Source: a virus (lineage: Duplodnaviria; Caudoviricetes). From it: a DNA stretch of 64,000 bases. Below are positions 28,874 through 38,972 of this stretch, piece by piece. The stretch is taken from IMG/VR virus record IMGVR_UViG_3300035698_013504, positions 136,904 to 200,903 of that record, one strand, 5' to 3'. The translations under genes were made by a program, and so were the position numbers. The notes under the pieces are model-generated. The model worked only from the letters and a program-made list of their open reading frames with translations, made no database searches and had not been told where the DNA came from. Every line of letters starts with the position of its first letter. Within the stretch, counting starts at the first letter, position 1.

Positions 28874-29257
28874 ATGGCGCGAAGTACCGCAGCGGGCTCG
28901 GCCGACAATCTTCTAGAAACTTGGTTTAAGCGGGTTCTCGATCGCGTGGAGAAGCTGAGTGAGAAGTTCGGGGACCTCCGAACGGAGATCGCCGTGTTGA
29001 AGACTAAGATGGGTATCATGTGCGCGTGTATCGCACTGGTTATCAGTGTGATCTTTTCTGGTGTTACTCGCTACGTCGTAGTATCCTCTAACGATGCCCG
29101 GCTCACCGCGCAGCGTGTAGAGATAGGTAGGCTTCGCAAGTTGATCAATGCCGCGCCCTCACCGCACGCGGTCACACCGGCGGATGTCCGCCTTGAGATA
29201 GAGAAGCTGAAAGAGATGATTATAGAGATGAGCAAGAAGAAGGCTGCAACTCCGTAG
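28874..29257 (+). CDS. Single-pass membrane protein with coiled coils (holin/spanin-like?)
   Basis: Hydrophobic stretch MGIMCACIALVISVIFSGV flanked by heptad segments. Confidence 0.6.
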   Translation: MARSTAAGSADNLLETWFKRVLDRVEKLSEKFGDLRTEIAVLKTKMGIMCACIALVISVIFSGVTRYVVVSSNDARLTAQRVEIGRLRKLINAAPSPHAVTPADVRLEIEKLKEMIIEMSKKKAATP

Positions 29258-29292
29258 CGGTGCGGACACCACGTACTTAGGAGGTCGACGGC

Positions 29293-30207
29293 ATGGCTCA
29301 CAACGGTAACCGCTGGGTATGCGCCCAGATCATGACGACGTCGGTTTGTCCCGCCTCTTGCTTCTACTGCGCCTATCCCGACGGCTGGCACAAGGAGCAC
29401 CCCGGCCGTATGACAGAGGAGACGTTCGAGAAAGTCCTTGAGGGCCTACAACAGGTCGGAGACTTCTCGGGCGGTAAAGTCTGTCTCTACCTGATGAACG
29501 AGCCCCTCGCTGACCCCGACATCTGCTGCCGTATCGAGCGGGTCCAGGCGGTATTCCCTAAGACCCTCATCGAGATCAACACGAACGCTATGCTTCTCAA
29601 TGAGGAGCGGGGCCAGCAGTTTGCTGAGGTGATGAGTAAGCAGCGCCACCAGATCCACATCCACCTGTCGGGCTACGACGAAGAGACCAGCCAGCGTGCG
29701 ATGGGTCTCCCCTTCCAAGTACGGTACGACAACGTCGACCGCTTCCTAGGCCTTGTAGGTGAGTACAAACTCCACGTAGAGATCGAGGGCTTCTATCGTG
29801 CTGAGCCGAACAGTGGCCCTATTCTTTTTGACTACCACCCGTGGCGGGCGAAGATGAAAGAACTCAGCCGAGGCCGGGCCAAGAGTTATGACCTCTACAG
29901 GTTCCACGACCGGGCGGGCACGATCAAGAGACATGGCAATGTGGACTTTGGTCTGCGTCGTGACTGTGACTGCGACAAAAATGGGCCATGTAGACGCGTA
30001 CACGAATGGATACACACTGATTGGGAGGGCAGGTTGAGGATTTGTTGTAACGATTATCACCGGGAAATTACACTACCTCTCGTCAAAGACTTGCCGAATC
30101 TCAAAACATACCTGGAGGGCCACGAGTGGCAATTCGTACAAGGGTTATCACAGGGGACAGACGCGCCACTAGACTTCATATGTATGCGATGTCGGGGCAA
30201 TAGGTGA
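29293..30207 (+). CDS. Radical SAM/SPASM protein
   Basis: CPASCFYC; YLMNEPL; INTNA; C-terminal C...GRLRICCND...CMRC. Confidence 0.85.
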   Translation: MAHNGNRWVCAQIMTTSVCPASCFYCAYPDGWHKEHPGRMTEETFEKVLEGLQQVGDFSGGKVCLYLMNEPLADPDICCRIERVQAVFPKTLIEINTNAMLLNEERGQQFAEVMSKQRHQIHIHLSGYDEETSQRAMGLPFQVRYDNVDRFLGLVGEYKLHVEIEGFYRAEPNSGPILFDYHPWRAKMKELSRGRAKSYDLYRFHDRAGTIKRHGNVDFGLRRDCDCDKNGPCRRVHEWIHTDWEGRLRICCNDYHREITLPLVKDLPNLKTYLEGHEWQFVQGLSQGTDAPLDFICMRCRGNR

Positions 30208-30208
30208 A

Positions 30209-30958
30209 ATGAAAGCAAATGAACTAACCGGTCGCCGCTTTGGGGAGCTAACCGTTAAAAAACGGCTGGGCCCTCTACGTAAAGATACAGGCGATCGGCA
30301 TGTTTATTGGGGATGTAGTTGTTCGTGTGGTAACACCGCGGCTGTAGCAAGTACACAGCTTACAAGCGGTAAGACTAAGAGCTGCGGCTGTTTGCGGGGC
30401 AGGAGTCCCAGCTCTGTTGCAGCATTCGCGCGAGCCACGAAGGATTTGACCGGGAAGGTCTTCGGTCGTCTTACAGTCATTAGACAAGCCCCGACGCGAT
30501 GTAAGGGTAAGTCACGCTGGATCTGTAAGTGCTCGTGCGGTGAAGATAGGGACATACTTGGTCACAGCTTGGTAAGCGGCCACACAAAGAGTTGTGGGTG
30601 CTTGAGTGTGGAATTAAGGCGTGAGCGTAAAGGATCAAAGCACGGGTCTTGGAAGGGTGGCCGCAGCTTACAGCATGGTTACGTAATGATTCACCAGCCG
30701 GAACACCCTAACGCGAAAATCTCAGGGTATGTGCGCGAACACGCCCTTGTGATGTCGGAACATCTTGGTCGCCCTCTGCTATCCAACGAGAAGGTTCACC
30801 ACAAGAACGGCATCAGAGATGATAATCGACTTTGCAATCTCGAGCTTTGGACAGTATCGCACCCAACAGGCCAGCGAGTGGAGGACATTACAGCGTTCGC
30901 TATCAGACACCTGAAGCAATATGTGCCGAAGGCGTTAGCAACGCGCTACAGAAAATAG
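30209..30958 (+). CDS. Free-standing HNH homing endonuclease
   Basis: Two LTG(R/K)xFG(E/R)LTV...C.C.CG...L.SG.TKSCGC repeats; EKVHHKNGIRDDNRLCNLELW. Confidence 0.9.
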   Translation: MKANELTGRRFGELTVKKRLGPLRKDTGDRHVYWGCSCSCGNTAAVASTQLTSGKTKSCGCLRGRSPSSVAAFARATKDLTGKVFGRLTVIRQAPTRCKGKSRWICKCSCGEDRDILGHSLVSGHTKSCGCLSVELRRERKGSKHGSWKGGRSLQHGYVMIHQPEHPNAKISGYVREHALVMSEHLGRPLLSNEKVHHKNGIRDDNRLCNLELWTVSHPTGQRVEDITAFAIRHLKQYVPKALATRYRK

Positions 30959-30968
30959 GAGAATACCG

Positions 30969-31340
30969 ATGGCGGGTTACCCAACAGAACTTGAAAGACA
31001 GATTCAGCTACTTTGTGGCGGCAAGGCTCCGGCAGGTGAAGTCACGTCGCAGGACATCAAGATTCCCAAGATGACCGAGCGTATCCTGCACATGGCGCAG
31101 GAAGAGGCACAGTTGCACGGCATGCGGGAGCCGGGGTCTCTGCACGCCCTCAAAGAGAGTATACGACAGACACTGAATCAGCCACTCCGCAGCGTTTCTA
31201 ACGATATTGACGAAGGTAAGCCGATGAACGCTGTGCGGATTGCCGTAGGCGAAGACTTGCTCGGCAAGCTGGCCCTCTACATGTACGCGACGATCAACTT
31301 CGCAGCACAAGAGCCGCCGAACGACTGCGGGGTGTGTTAA
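30969..31340 (+). CDS. Hypothetical protein
   Basis: RBS GGAG. Confidence 0.65.
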   Translation: MAGYPTELERQIQLLCGGKAPAGEVTSQDIKIPKMTERILHMAQEEAQLHGMREPGSLHALKESIRQTLNQPLRSVSNDIDEGKPMNAVRIAVGEDLLGKLALYMYATINFAAQEPPNDCGVC

Positions 31341-31341
31341 A

Positions 31342-32271
31342 ATGCTACGAGGACCTTGCGGCGTCATGTTTCACCACTTCACCGGGGCAGGTCATACTCA
31401 TGGGCAGGGAGCTATTAGCTCTCGTACCTTCTCTGCATTCCTTGATAATATGGGCGATCGTATCATCGGTGCCACTAAATGGCACGACCTAGCTCTTAAA
31501 GGCGACCTGAACGATCAGGTGTGTCTTACGTTCGATGATGGGCTACAGTCACAGTACGCCATAGCCCGGTACGCCATGGTGGAGCGAAAGCTCACGGCTT
31601 TCTTCTTTATCTACACCGCCCCCATGTCTGGCCGCCCGGAGCGTATGGAGATCTACCGGAAATTTAGGTCGACGCACTTCTATCAGATTCAAGACTTCTA
31701 CGATCAGTTCATCACGCGTGTGGCGAAGATCTTCCCGGATATGATGACACGTGAGAGTATGTTAGGGGCGCGTTACTACCTACGCGATTACACTTTCTAC
31801 TCTGACGCTGATCGTGTCTTCCGTTATATCAGGGATATTCTCCTTGGTGCCGACAAGTATGTAGAGCTCATGGATACGTGGATTGTCTCTCAGGTAGGGG
31901 ATATCGACGCTTACATGCACCACCTTTGGATGGGCGCTGACGAGATCAAGACGTTGTCTAACGAGGGGCATGTGATCGGTATGCACGCGCACACGCACCC
32001 TACGACGTTCAGTGACTTCCAGCAACACTCCGAGTACTACGCGAACAGGGAGATCCTGCGCTCGGTGACGGGCGTGACTCCTACGGTCGTGTCCTACCCT
32101 TCAGACCTTTTCAATTACCGCACGCGGGTTACGATGCAGGAGCTGGGGGTTACCCTCGGTTTCCGCGCAAAGCCGCAGCATAGTGGCACTGATCTGTTTC
32201 AGATGCCTAGAGAGGATTGCGCCACAGTATGCACATTACAGTCTTCACCAGCAACCAACCTCGGCACCTAG
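31342..32271 (+). CDS. Polysaccharide deacetylase (CE4-like)
   Basis: MFHHF, CLTFDDG, IGMHAHTH, SYPS. Confidence 0.85.
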   Translation: MLRGPCGVMFHHFTGAGHTHGQGAISSRTFSAFLDNMGDRIIGATKWHDLALKGDLNDQVCLTFDDGLQSQYAIARYAMVERKLTAFFFIYTAPMSGRPERMEIYRKFRSTHFYQIQDFYDQFITRVAKIFPDMMTRESMLGARYYLRDYTFYSDADRVFRYIRDILLGADKYVELMDTWIVSQVGDIDAYMHHLWMGADEIKTLSNEGHVIGMHAHTHPTTFSDFQQHSEYYANREILRSVTGVTPTVVSYPSDLFNYRTRVTMQELGVTLGFRAKPQHSGTDLFQMPREDCATVCTLQSSPATNLGT

Positions 32272-33056
32272 CACTGCTCTACTGCCTGCGAGAACACTGC
32301 GACAGTATGACGGTAGTGATGGAGTGTAACACTATCTTTCCAGGACGTACTAAGGACTTCTTTCGCAAGTCGGATGCTATGCGGGCGTACTTTCAGCGCG
32401 TGATGATAGCGGAGAAGAGGGTATTCGGTCACTACCCTAAGGTGACACCGGACGACACGGATATTATCCCGCTGCGTATGGGCGATCTTACGCAGATACC
32501 TCTTTCGATTTTAGCTCCTATCCTCAGAGGTTCCGACCACTTTGTTGTGTTTGGGTCGTCGTACATCCGAGGGCCCCTATTCAACTTTTTGCCGGACCGT
32601 ACGATCAACATTCACATGGGTATTTCGCCGTATTACCGTGGGAGCTCATGTAATTTCTGGGCTATGTACGATAAGAACCCTCAGTTTGTAGGCGCCACAA
32701 TTCATTACCTTAGTGAGAAGCTAGACGGCGGCAATATCCTTCTCCATGCTATACCGCTGGCGCAACCTGTCGACCCCTTCACGTATGGCATGCTTTCCGT
32801 TAGAGCCGCCATTGAGGGGCTTGTCACTGAGGTCATAGCTCCGGGTATACGGCTTGACGAAGGCGTACCACAAGACAGCCTGCCGGATACGATTCGGTAC
32901 AGCGTTAATAAGGACTTCACCGACGCGGTTGCCGACGAGTATCTTGAGCGTGCGGTGTCGCAGGAGGAGATGTTCGAGGCGGTGTGTCACCTACCGGATA
33001 GGTTTGCTGATGTACCGCCGTACGTTGCAACAGAATGGGAAGAAGGCAAAGATTGA
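32229..33056 (+). CDS. Sugar N-formyltransferase (formyl_trans_N family)
   Basis: INIHMGISPYYRGSSCNFWA, GATIHYLSEKLDGGNIL. Confidence 0.8.
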   Translation: MHITVFTSNQPRHLALLYCLREHCDSMTVVMECNTIFPGRTKDFFRKSDAMRAYFQRVMIAEKRVFGHYPKVTPDDTDIIPLRMGDLTQIPLSILAPILRGSDHFVVFGSSYIRGPLFNFLPDRTINIHMGISPYYRGSSCNFWAMYDKNPQFVGATIHYLSEKLDGGNILLHAIPLAQPVDPFTYGMLSVRAAIEGLVTEVIAPGIRLDEGVPQDSLPDTIRYSVNKDFTDAVADEYLERAVSQEEMFEAVCHLPDRFADVPPYVATEWEEGKD

Positions 33057-33814
33057 TTACCGCGGTTATCCCAATCAGACAGACGGAGGAGCATAGTCGG
33101 TCATGGGACCGGCTGGAGATAGGTATCAGCTCCCTCAAGAGGTTCGTACCCTCTGTGACGAGTATCTTCGTTGTTGACAGTAACTCTGATGAGCCGTGGG
33201 CTACCGAGCTTGTGGACATCTGTGAGCGTCTTGACGTTCACCTGTGGCGTATTGACGACCTAGATCATTGGAACAAGTGCAAGACGATGAATGCGGCGAT
33301 GTATCAAGCTGTGACGCCGTACGTCATGCAGTTCGACGTGGACATGGTCATTACGACAGACGAGGTGGAGAAGGCGATTCAGGCGCAGCTTGAACCCAAT
33401 ATCTTCCTCACCTTCCTCATCCATAACTTATGCCACCAGTTGACGTGTGACAGGGTTATCGAAGAGGATGCCGATAAGCTCCACGAGTGGATGAAGTCAC
33501 ACAGCCTACTACGAGCTGGTGGCCGATCTACCGGCGGTATCCAGATCTTTGACCGTACTTGGTTCCTTAAGGTACGTGGTTACGACGAGGAGTACGCCTT
33601 GTGGGGCCGTGAGGACGATGATATGGTGAAGAGGGCTAAGTTGGACGGCCTGACCCATCTGCACGACCGTACGCTCGTGTTTCACATCGGCCACAAGAAC
33701 CCCATCAAGACGAAGGATCAGATGAAGGCCAACGAGATCAGGTACAAGACGACAGAGACAGTCGTACGTAACGACGAAGAGTGGGGATCTGTCCCCATCC
33801 GTAAACTAGTATAG
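33035..33814 (+). CDS. Glycosyltransferase (GT2/GT7-like)
   Basis: VVDSNS, MQFDVDM, GYDEEYALWGREDDD. Confidence 0.8.
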   Translation: MGRRQRLITAVIPIRQTEEHSRSWDRLEIGISSLKRFVPSVTSIFVVDSNSDEPWATELVDICERLDVHLWRIDDLDHWNKCKTMNAAMYQAVTPYVMQFDVDMVITTDEVEKAIQAQLEPNIFLTFLIHNLCHQLTCDRVIEEDADKLHEWMKSHSLLRAGGRSTGGIQIFDRTWFLKVRGYDEEYALWGREDDDMVKRAKLDGLTHLHDRTLVFHIGHKNPIKTKDQMKANEIRYKTTETVVRNDEEWGSVPIRKLV

Positions 33815-33839
33815 ACACCTTACGATAAGGAGAAGGACA

Positions 33840-34856
33840 GTGTTGAACCCCCCGATCAACCACAACGAGCGCGTTGTGCACCAGGGTGGCATGTATGACG
33901 TTTGGAAATCAAGACGGAAGCCCGGGTACGACGAGTACCGTGCCGCGTGGGAGAACAACCCGGCCCAGCAGATCGTGGGTAAGTTCCCAATCCACCTCGA
34001 CTGCGAGGTGACGAGCCGGTGTAACCTCGCGTGCCCGTTCTGTATGCGGACGAGTATGTTCCGCGAGGGGCATACCGCTAACTTCTGGCTTGGCGACATG
34101 AAGCCGGAGGTCTACTACAAGTGTATTGGTGAGGGAGAGACGAAGGGTCTCAAGTCCGTCAAGTATAACTTCCTCGGCGAGTCCCTTCTCATCGGGTCTG
34201 AGCGTCTCTATGACTACATCCACTACGCTACTGCGCTGGATGGTATCCAGGAGACCCTACTCAACACCAACGCCTGCCTGCTTGACCACGACATGACGAC
34301 GGCGCTGTTGGAGTCTCGTCTGGACAAGCTGATCATCTCGATGGACTCCCCCGACCCCGAGACGTATGAGAGTCTACGAGTTGGCGCCTCGTTCGATAAC
34401 GTGGTGGGTAACGTCCGTCACTTCATCGAGCAGCGTAACCGCGGTAAGTTCTTCGGTACGCTCGTACGTCTGCAGATGACGGTGGTCCCCGAGAACAAGG
34501 ACCATGTCGCAGACTTCGTCGAGATGTGGAAGCCGTATGCCGACGAGGTTACAGCGAACGTCGCTTGTGCCGTCATCGAGAACGAGACGAAGGAACAGTT
34601 TATCAACGACCCCAACCGGCTGATGTCTTGCCCGGCGCCGTGGCAGCGCTTGATCGTGTTGGCTGACGGCCGAGTTGTACCGTGCTGTGGTGACCATCAC
34701 CACGTTTACATCCTCGGTGACGCGCTGGCCGACAACTTGTCGGATATCTGGGTCGGACGTAAGATGAAAGAGTTGCGCAAGGCGATCTCAACAGGTAGTA
34801 TCGACGAGATGGCTGTCTGTAAGATCTGTAGTGGTAGGAGAATGCGACCAGTATGA
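33840..34856 (+). CDS. Radical SAM/SPASM protein
   Basis: CNLACPFC; CPAPWQRLIVLADGRVVPCCGD...CKIC. Confidence 0.88.
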   Translation: MLNPPINHNERVVHQGGMYDVWKSRRKPGYDEYRAAWENNPAQQIVGKFPIHLDCEVTSRCNLACPFCMRTSMFREGHTANFWLGDMKPEVYYKCIGEGETKGLKSVKYNFLGESLLIGSERLYDYIHYATALDGIQETLLNTNACLLDHDMTTALLESRLDKLIISMDSPDPETYESLRVGASFDNVVGNVRHFIEQRNRGKFFGTLVRLQMTVVPENKDHVADFVEMWKPYADEVTANVACAVIENETKEQFINDPNRLMSCPAPWQRLIVLADGRVVPCCGDHHHVYILGDALADNLSDIWVGRKMKELRKAISTGSIDEMAVCKICSGRRMRPV

Positions 34857-36295
34857 TTAAGACCTTGGCTGTAATCCCAGCGCGGGGAGGCTCCCAGAGA
34901 GTCCCCCGCAAGAACCTACGGATGCTTGGAGGTGTACCTCTAATCATGCACACGATTGAGTGTGCGAAGAGTGTGGACGGCATCGAGGATATCGTTGTGT
35001 CCACGTCCGACCCTGAGATCGCCAGTGTCGCTAAGGCGGCCGGTGTGCTCGCGGTTACACGTCCCGTAGAGCTTAGGGGCCCTGACGTATGGGCCTTTGC
35101 TGTCACAAAGGATGCAGTCAGTCAGACTGAGACGTTGACGGGTAAGACGTACACGCAGGTTGTGCATCTTCAGCCCACTTCCCCGTTCCGTAAGCCGGAG
35201 CTGATCAAAGCGGCACTTAGCTTGGCCGACGAGTTCAGTCCAAACATGGTGACGTCAGTGGCTCCGGTCCCGAAGTATCACCATCCCGCCATGTTGCTCT
35301 CAGATACGCAGAAGGGTGCGGTCCCGTGGATGAAAAGGTGGAAGCCAATCCCGGACGGTATTGAAGAACGGGTCAAGTGGTACGGCAACTATCCGGGGTT
35401 CTATCCTACGGGTAGTGTAGCTGTCTTGCAGCTTCCGTGGCTCATGACTTGTGATATAGGTCAGTTGACGAACATCTCGTGGCCAATAGGTACGAAGGCA
35501 CGCTTTGTCGTTGAGGAAGACGAGATCGCTAATCTCGACATTGACACGGAGTTGGACTTCAGGTTCGCCGAGTTCATTAATGGCCTCGAGAGTGAGAGGG
35601 AGACGTCACACGTCGACCTGCACCCCTACGAGGGCCACCTCGACTACCTGACGGGTAAGCGTGTGGCTGTTGTGGGTAACTCGTCAGCTATGATTGACAC
35701 CGACTACGGTGAGCGTATTGACGGTTACGATGAGGTTGTACGCATGAACATCGCCGCGACCCGGGGATACGAGAAGGACGTTGGTACCAAGATGTCTATC
35801 TGGGTTACCTGCTTGCCTCGGCGTGAGGCGTGGAAGGCGAACCAGCTCCGAGCGAAGGGTATCCACAGTGTGTGGCTCAGCAACGTAGGCCCATCTAGGC
35901 AGCGCAACGTGCGGCTGCGTCAGTATAAGACGTTCCCGGTCTATTGGTATGATTACGACAAGACTCAGAAGATGCGGGATGAGTTCGGGCAGATTCTTAC
36001 GAGCGGCGGTGTCGTTCTACATGCGATCCTTACCCACAGTGCCCCGAGCGAGGTATTCTTGACAGGGTTCACCTTCTTGCGTGAGTTTCATCAGAAGGGT
36101 ACTCCTATAGCATATGCCGCCCGCCCAGAGCTTCGCTACGGTGACGGCCGGGGTGAGCATAAGAATATGGCCCGAGAATTGGAGATGGTGCGCGACATGA
36201 TCCGGAATGCCACAGGCACGAAGTTCATTGTTGCAGCGCATACGAACGAGGTACTAAACCTCGAAGGCGAGGATCATGTGGAGGTTCTGAAATGA
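34853..36295 (+). CDS. CMP-nonulosonate synthetase (NeuA-like) fused to GT29 sialyltransferase-like domain
   Basis: N-term IPARGGSQRVPRKN, LQPTSPFR, DIDTELD; C-term VAVVGNSS...IDGYDEVVRMN...YEKDVGTK = sialylmotif L. Confidence 0.85.
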   Translation: MIKTLAVIPARGGSQRVPRKNLRMLGGVPLIMHTIECAKSVDGIEDIVVSTSDPEIASVAKAAGVLAVTRPVELRGPDVWAFAVTKDAVSQTETLTGKTYTQVVHLQPTSPFRKPELIKAALSLADEFSPNMVTSVAPVPKYHHPAMLLSDTQKGAVPWMKRWKPIPDGIEERVKWYGNYPGFYPTGSVAVLQLPWLMTCDIGQLTNISWPIGTKARFVVEEDEIANLDIDTELDFRFAEFINGLESERETSHVDLHPYEGHLDYLTGKRVAVVGNSSAMIDTDYGERIDGYDEVVRMNIAATRGYEKDVGTKMSIWVTCLPRREAWKANQLRAKGIHSVWLSNVGPSRQRNVRLRQYKTFPVYWYDYDKTQKMRDEFGQILTSGGVVLHAILTHSAPSEVFLTGFTFLREFHQKGTPIAYAARPELRYGDGRGEHKNMARELEMVRDMIRNATGTKFIVAAHTNEVLNLEGEDHVEVLK

Positions 36296-37338
36296 ACCAC
36301 AAGGAATTCTTAGGCGTATCGACAGAGGCGCGCCCGTTTATCGTAGCTGAGGCCGGGCACAACCATGAGGGCGACATTGATGTTGCCCGCGAGATGATCT
36401 ACAAGGCAAAAGAGGGCGGAGCTGACGCCATCAAGTTTCAGACAATCATACCGGGTCGACTTGTCTCACCCAGCTTCCCGATAACCGCCGCGTACGCAGC
36501 TGAAATGGCAAGGGCTTCCGCATTCTCCCTTCCGTTTGACAACTTCATTGCCTTAAAGGAAGAGGCAGAGAAGGTCGGCATCCTCTTCTTCTCGACGCCT
36601 TTTGATGTGCCGAGTGCAAAGATGTTGGTTAGTCTTGGCATCCCGGCTTTCAAGATAGGTTCGGGGCAGATCGACCTTTGGCCCATGGTAGATATCGTCG
36701 CGAGGGCGTGTAGGCCGGTGATCCTTTCTACTGGCGCGTCAACAATTGCGGATGTACGTACGGCCATTGGACGTATTCGTGCTGGGTGGGGACGTATGAA
36801 TTGGCAAGGGCAGCTCGTGTTGCTTAACTGCACCTCGATGTATCCCACACCGTCCGAGCACGTCCATCTTAGACGTATCCAGGAGCTACATAGGGTTACG
36901 CGCCTTGTCGGCTTCTCGGACCACACCGAGGGTATACAGGCCTCTGTACTGGCTGCAGTGATGTTTGACACCTTCATGATTGAAAAGCATTTTACGTTGG
37001 ACAAGAACTTCTCCGACTTCTGCGACCATAAGATCTCCGCGACGGCCGAGGACCTTAAAGATATGATCCGGCTGATCATGGAAGGTAAGGCGATGATTGG
37101 GTCGGAGACCCGCCCGGTACTTGACGACGAGAACCAAAGCCTTATCCGCCACTCCGCGTGTGCGGCCAGGGCGCTGCCCGAGGGGCATACCTTGAACCGG
37201 GATGACATTGTGTGGCTTCGGCCTCAGCATGGCGTTAAGCCCGGTGAAGAGCGGCAGATCTTCGGTAAGAACCTTAAGGTAGCTAAGGAAGACGGGGAAA
37301 CCATCAAACTGGATGACGTATGTAGTTCAGTCGAATAA
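36292..37338 (+). CDS. neuB: Nonulosonic acid synthase (NeuB/LegI/PseI family)
   Basis: IVAEAGHNHEG, ADAIKFQT, STPFD, ILSTG, CTSMYP, GFSDHTEG, IEKHFTLDK, C-terminal SAF domain. Confidence 0.92.
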   Translation: MNHKEFLGVSTEARPFIVAEAGHNHEGDIDVAREMIYKAKEGGADAIKFQTIIPGRLVSPSFPITAAYAAEMARASAFSLPFDNFIALKEEAEKVGILFFSTPFDVPSAKMLVSLGIPAFKIGSGQIDLWPMVDIVARACRPVILSTGASTIADVRTAIGRIRAGWGRMNWQGQLVLLNCTSMYPTPSEHVHLRRIQELHRVTRLVGFSDHTEGIQASVLAAVMFDTFMIEKHFTLDKNFSDFCDHKISATAEDLKDMIRLIMEGKAMIGSETRPVLDDENQSLIRHSACAARALPEGHTLNRDDIVWLRPQHGVKPGEERQIFGKNLKVAKEDGETIKLDDVCSSVE

Positions 37339-37352
37339 AGGAGACCGATGCA

Positions 37353-38972
37353 ATGCTGGAACCTTATGTACCCACCAAGAGAGATGTGCTCGATGTTAAC
37401 AGAGCATGCCAGGCCCGCTGCGATTTTTGTTACTACTTCCATAGCGGCGGCTCTGGGTCTTTCGGACATGACCCGAATTGGGTTATGCCTCTTCAAGGCG
37501 CTATCAACAAGTTGAACCGTATGAAAGAGATCGGGTGCGAGTTTGCCGACTTTACAGGCGGTGAGCCCACTCTCTATAAGGCGATGCCAGCGCTGCTTGA
37601 GCATTGCGCGGCCATCGATCTGACACCTTGTATTATCACCAACGGGTTAGCATCCCATGACAAGTTTGGGTCGTACCTGGAAGCCAACCCGAACACGCGG
37701 TTCCTCTTGTCGCTTCACGGCGCGTCTGGAGTAACCCACGACGCGGCGATGGGCGTTGACGGCGCTTTTGCGACCATGCTTTCACTTATGAGGTTCCTAC
37801 TGGACCGTGGTGTGTTCTTTCGTACCAACACGGTGATCACACGCAGGAACTACAAAGAGCTTGAGGATATTGCGAGTATTGCTCGTTGCGCCGGGGCTCG
37901 AATGTCCAACTTCATCTTCTTTCAGCCCTTTCACGGTTGGGATAAGAATCAAAACGACGACGTGCAAGTAGCCCCCGACCTTGTGGGGCCGTACCTTAGC
38001 CGAGCTGTGCATGAGCAGCGCGCCCACAACTACTGGGTACAGATACGGTACTTCCCCTACTGTTGCATCGATGAGGACTGCTGGCAGAACATATGCGGTC
38101 AGACTCAGGTTAGGCTGGACCCCTATGAATGGCTGTATAATCCCCCTTCGATTGATATGGAGTTCTCTCTTCGTAAGTGTCGCGAGAAGGCCCGTGACCG
38201 TTACGGTAAGGGTAATGATGTCTGTGACGCTTGTCAGATACGCGCTGTCTGTGGCGGCAACTACGAGACACGTACGAACATGTATGGTACGGCCGGGTTA
38301 CGGGCTGTGACGGACAGATATACGGAGAACGTCTTTGAGTTCCGCGATGATCTCAAGACGGACATCATCATTCCCTCCTACAAGGCGGCGGCTCTGCCGG
38401 GCATCATAGATGAGGTGGTGCGCACGGCCGTACAGCCCTATCGTATTATCATCCAAGGAGATGAGACACACGCGACCATTAACCGGCAGAGGGGCCTTGA
38501 TGCTTCAGACGCCGATTGTGTTATCATGGTAGATGACGACATCCGAGATCTACCGGAAGGGTGGAACCGAGCCTTTGTTGAAATCCTTCGAGCAAACCCA
38601 CAAGTCTGTGCCGTGTCCGCACGGCTGCTTGATCGTGATGGTCGGGCCGCCCCTAATTCAGCCGACAATTTCGATCTGTCCGAATCTCTCGTACGCGTGC
38701 CTCTCATACCTACTGCCCTCTGTGCCTTTAGACGACCTAGCAAGGCTCGCTTTGATCCACGGTATCGTGGAAGCGGGTTCGAAGACTCCGACTTCTTCTT
38801 GCAGCTAGCGGGTGAGTATAACCCCTGTAACGAGATCGCGATTACAAACGATATCCGAGTTATGCACCTACATGAGAAGAAGGAGCAAAGCCGATTTCAT
38901 GACCACAATAAATCTCTCTTTGAAGCCAAGTGGGGTCCCATTCGTAAAATCATGCGAGGACAAGATGCCTAA
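37353..38972 (+). CDS. Radical SAM/SPASM fused to GT2 glycosyltransferase
   Basis: CQARCDFC, TGGEPTL, CDACQIRAVCGG; then DIIIPSY, IMVDDD, GFEDSD. Confidence 0.85.
   Translation: MLEPYVPTKRDVLDVNRACQARCDFCYYFHSGGSGSFGHDPNWVMPLQGAINKLNRMKEIGCEFADFTGGEPTLYKAMPALLEHCAAIDLTPCIITNGLASHDKFGSYLEANPNTRFLLSLHGASGVTHDAAMGVDGAFATMLSLMRFLLDRGVFFRTNTVITRRNYKELEDIASIARCAGARMSNFIFFQPFHGWDKNQNDDVQVAPDLVGPYLSRAVHEQRAHNYWVQIRYFPYCCIDEDCWQNICGQTQVRLDPYEWLYNPPSIDMEFSLRKCREKARDRYGKGNDVCDACQIRAVCGGNYETRTNMYGTAGLRAVTDRYTENVFEFRDDLKTDIIIPSYKAAALPGIIDEVVRTAVQPYRIIIQGDETHATINRQRGLDASDADCVIMVDDDIRDLPEGWNRAFVEILRANPQVCAVSARLLDRDGRAAPNSADNFDLSESLVRVPLIPTALCAFRRPSKARFDPRYRGSGFEDSDFFLQLAGEYNPCNEIAITNDIRVMHLHEKKEQSRFHDHNKSLFEAKWGPIRKIMRGQDA

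Noticed and set aside
30209-30958. Second intron around the HNH gene
   Set aside because: The flanking ORFs are complete and abut it directly, with no room for intron core elements; it is a free-standing endonuclease.
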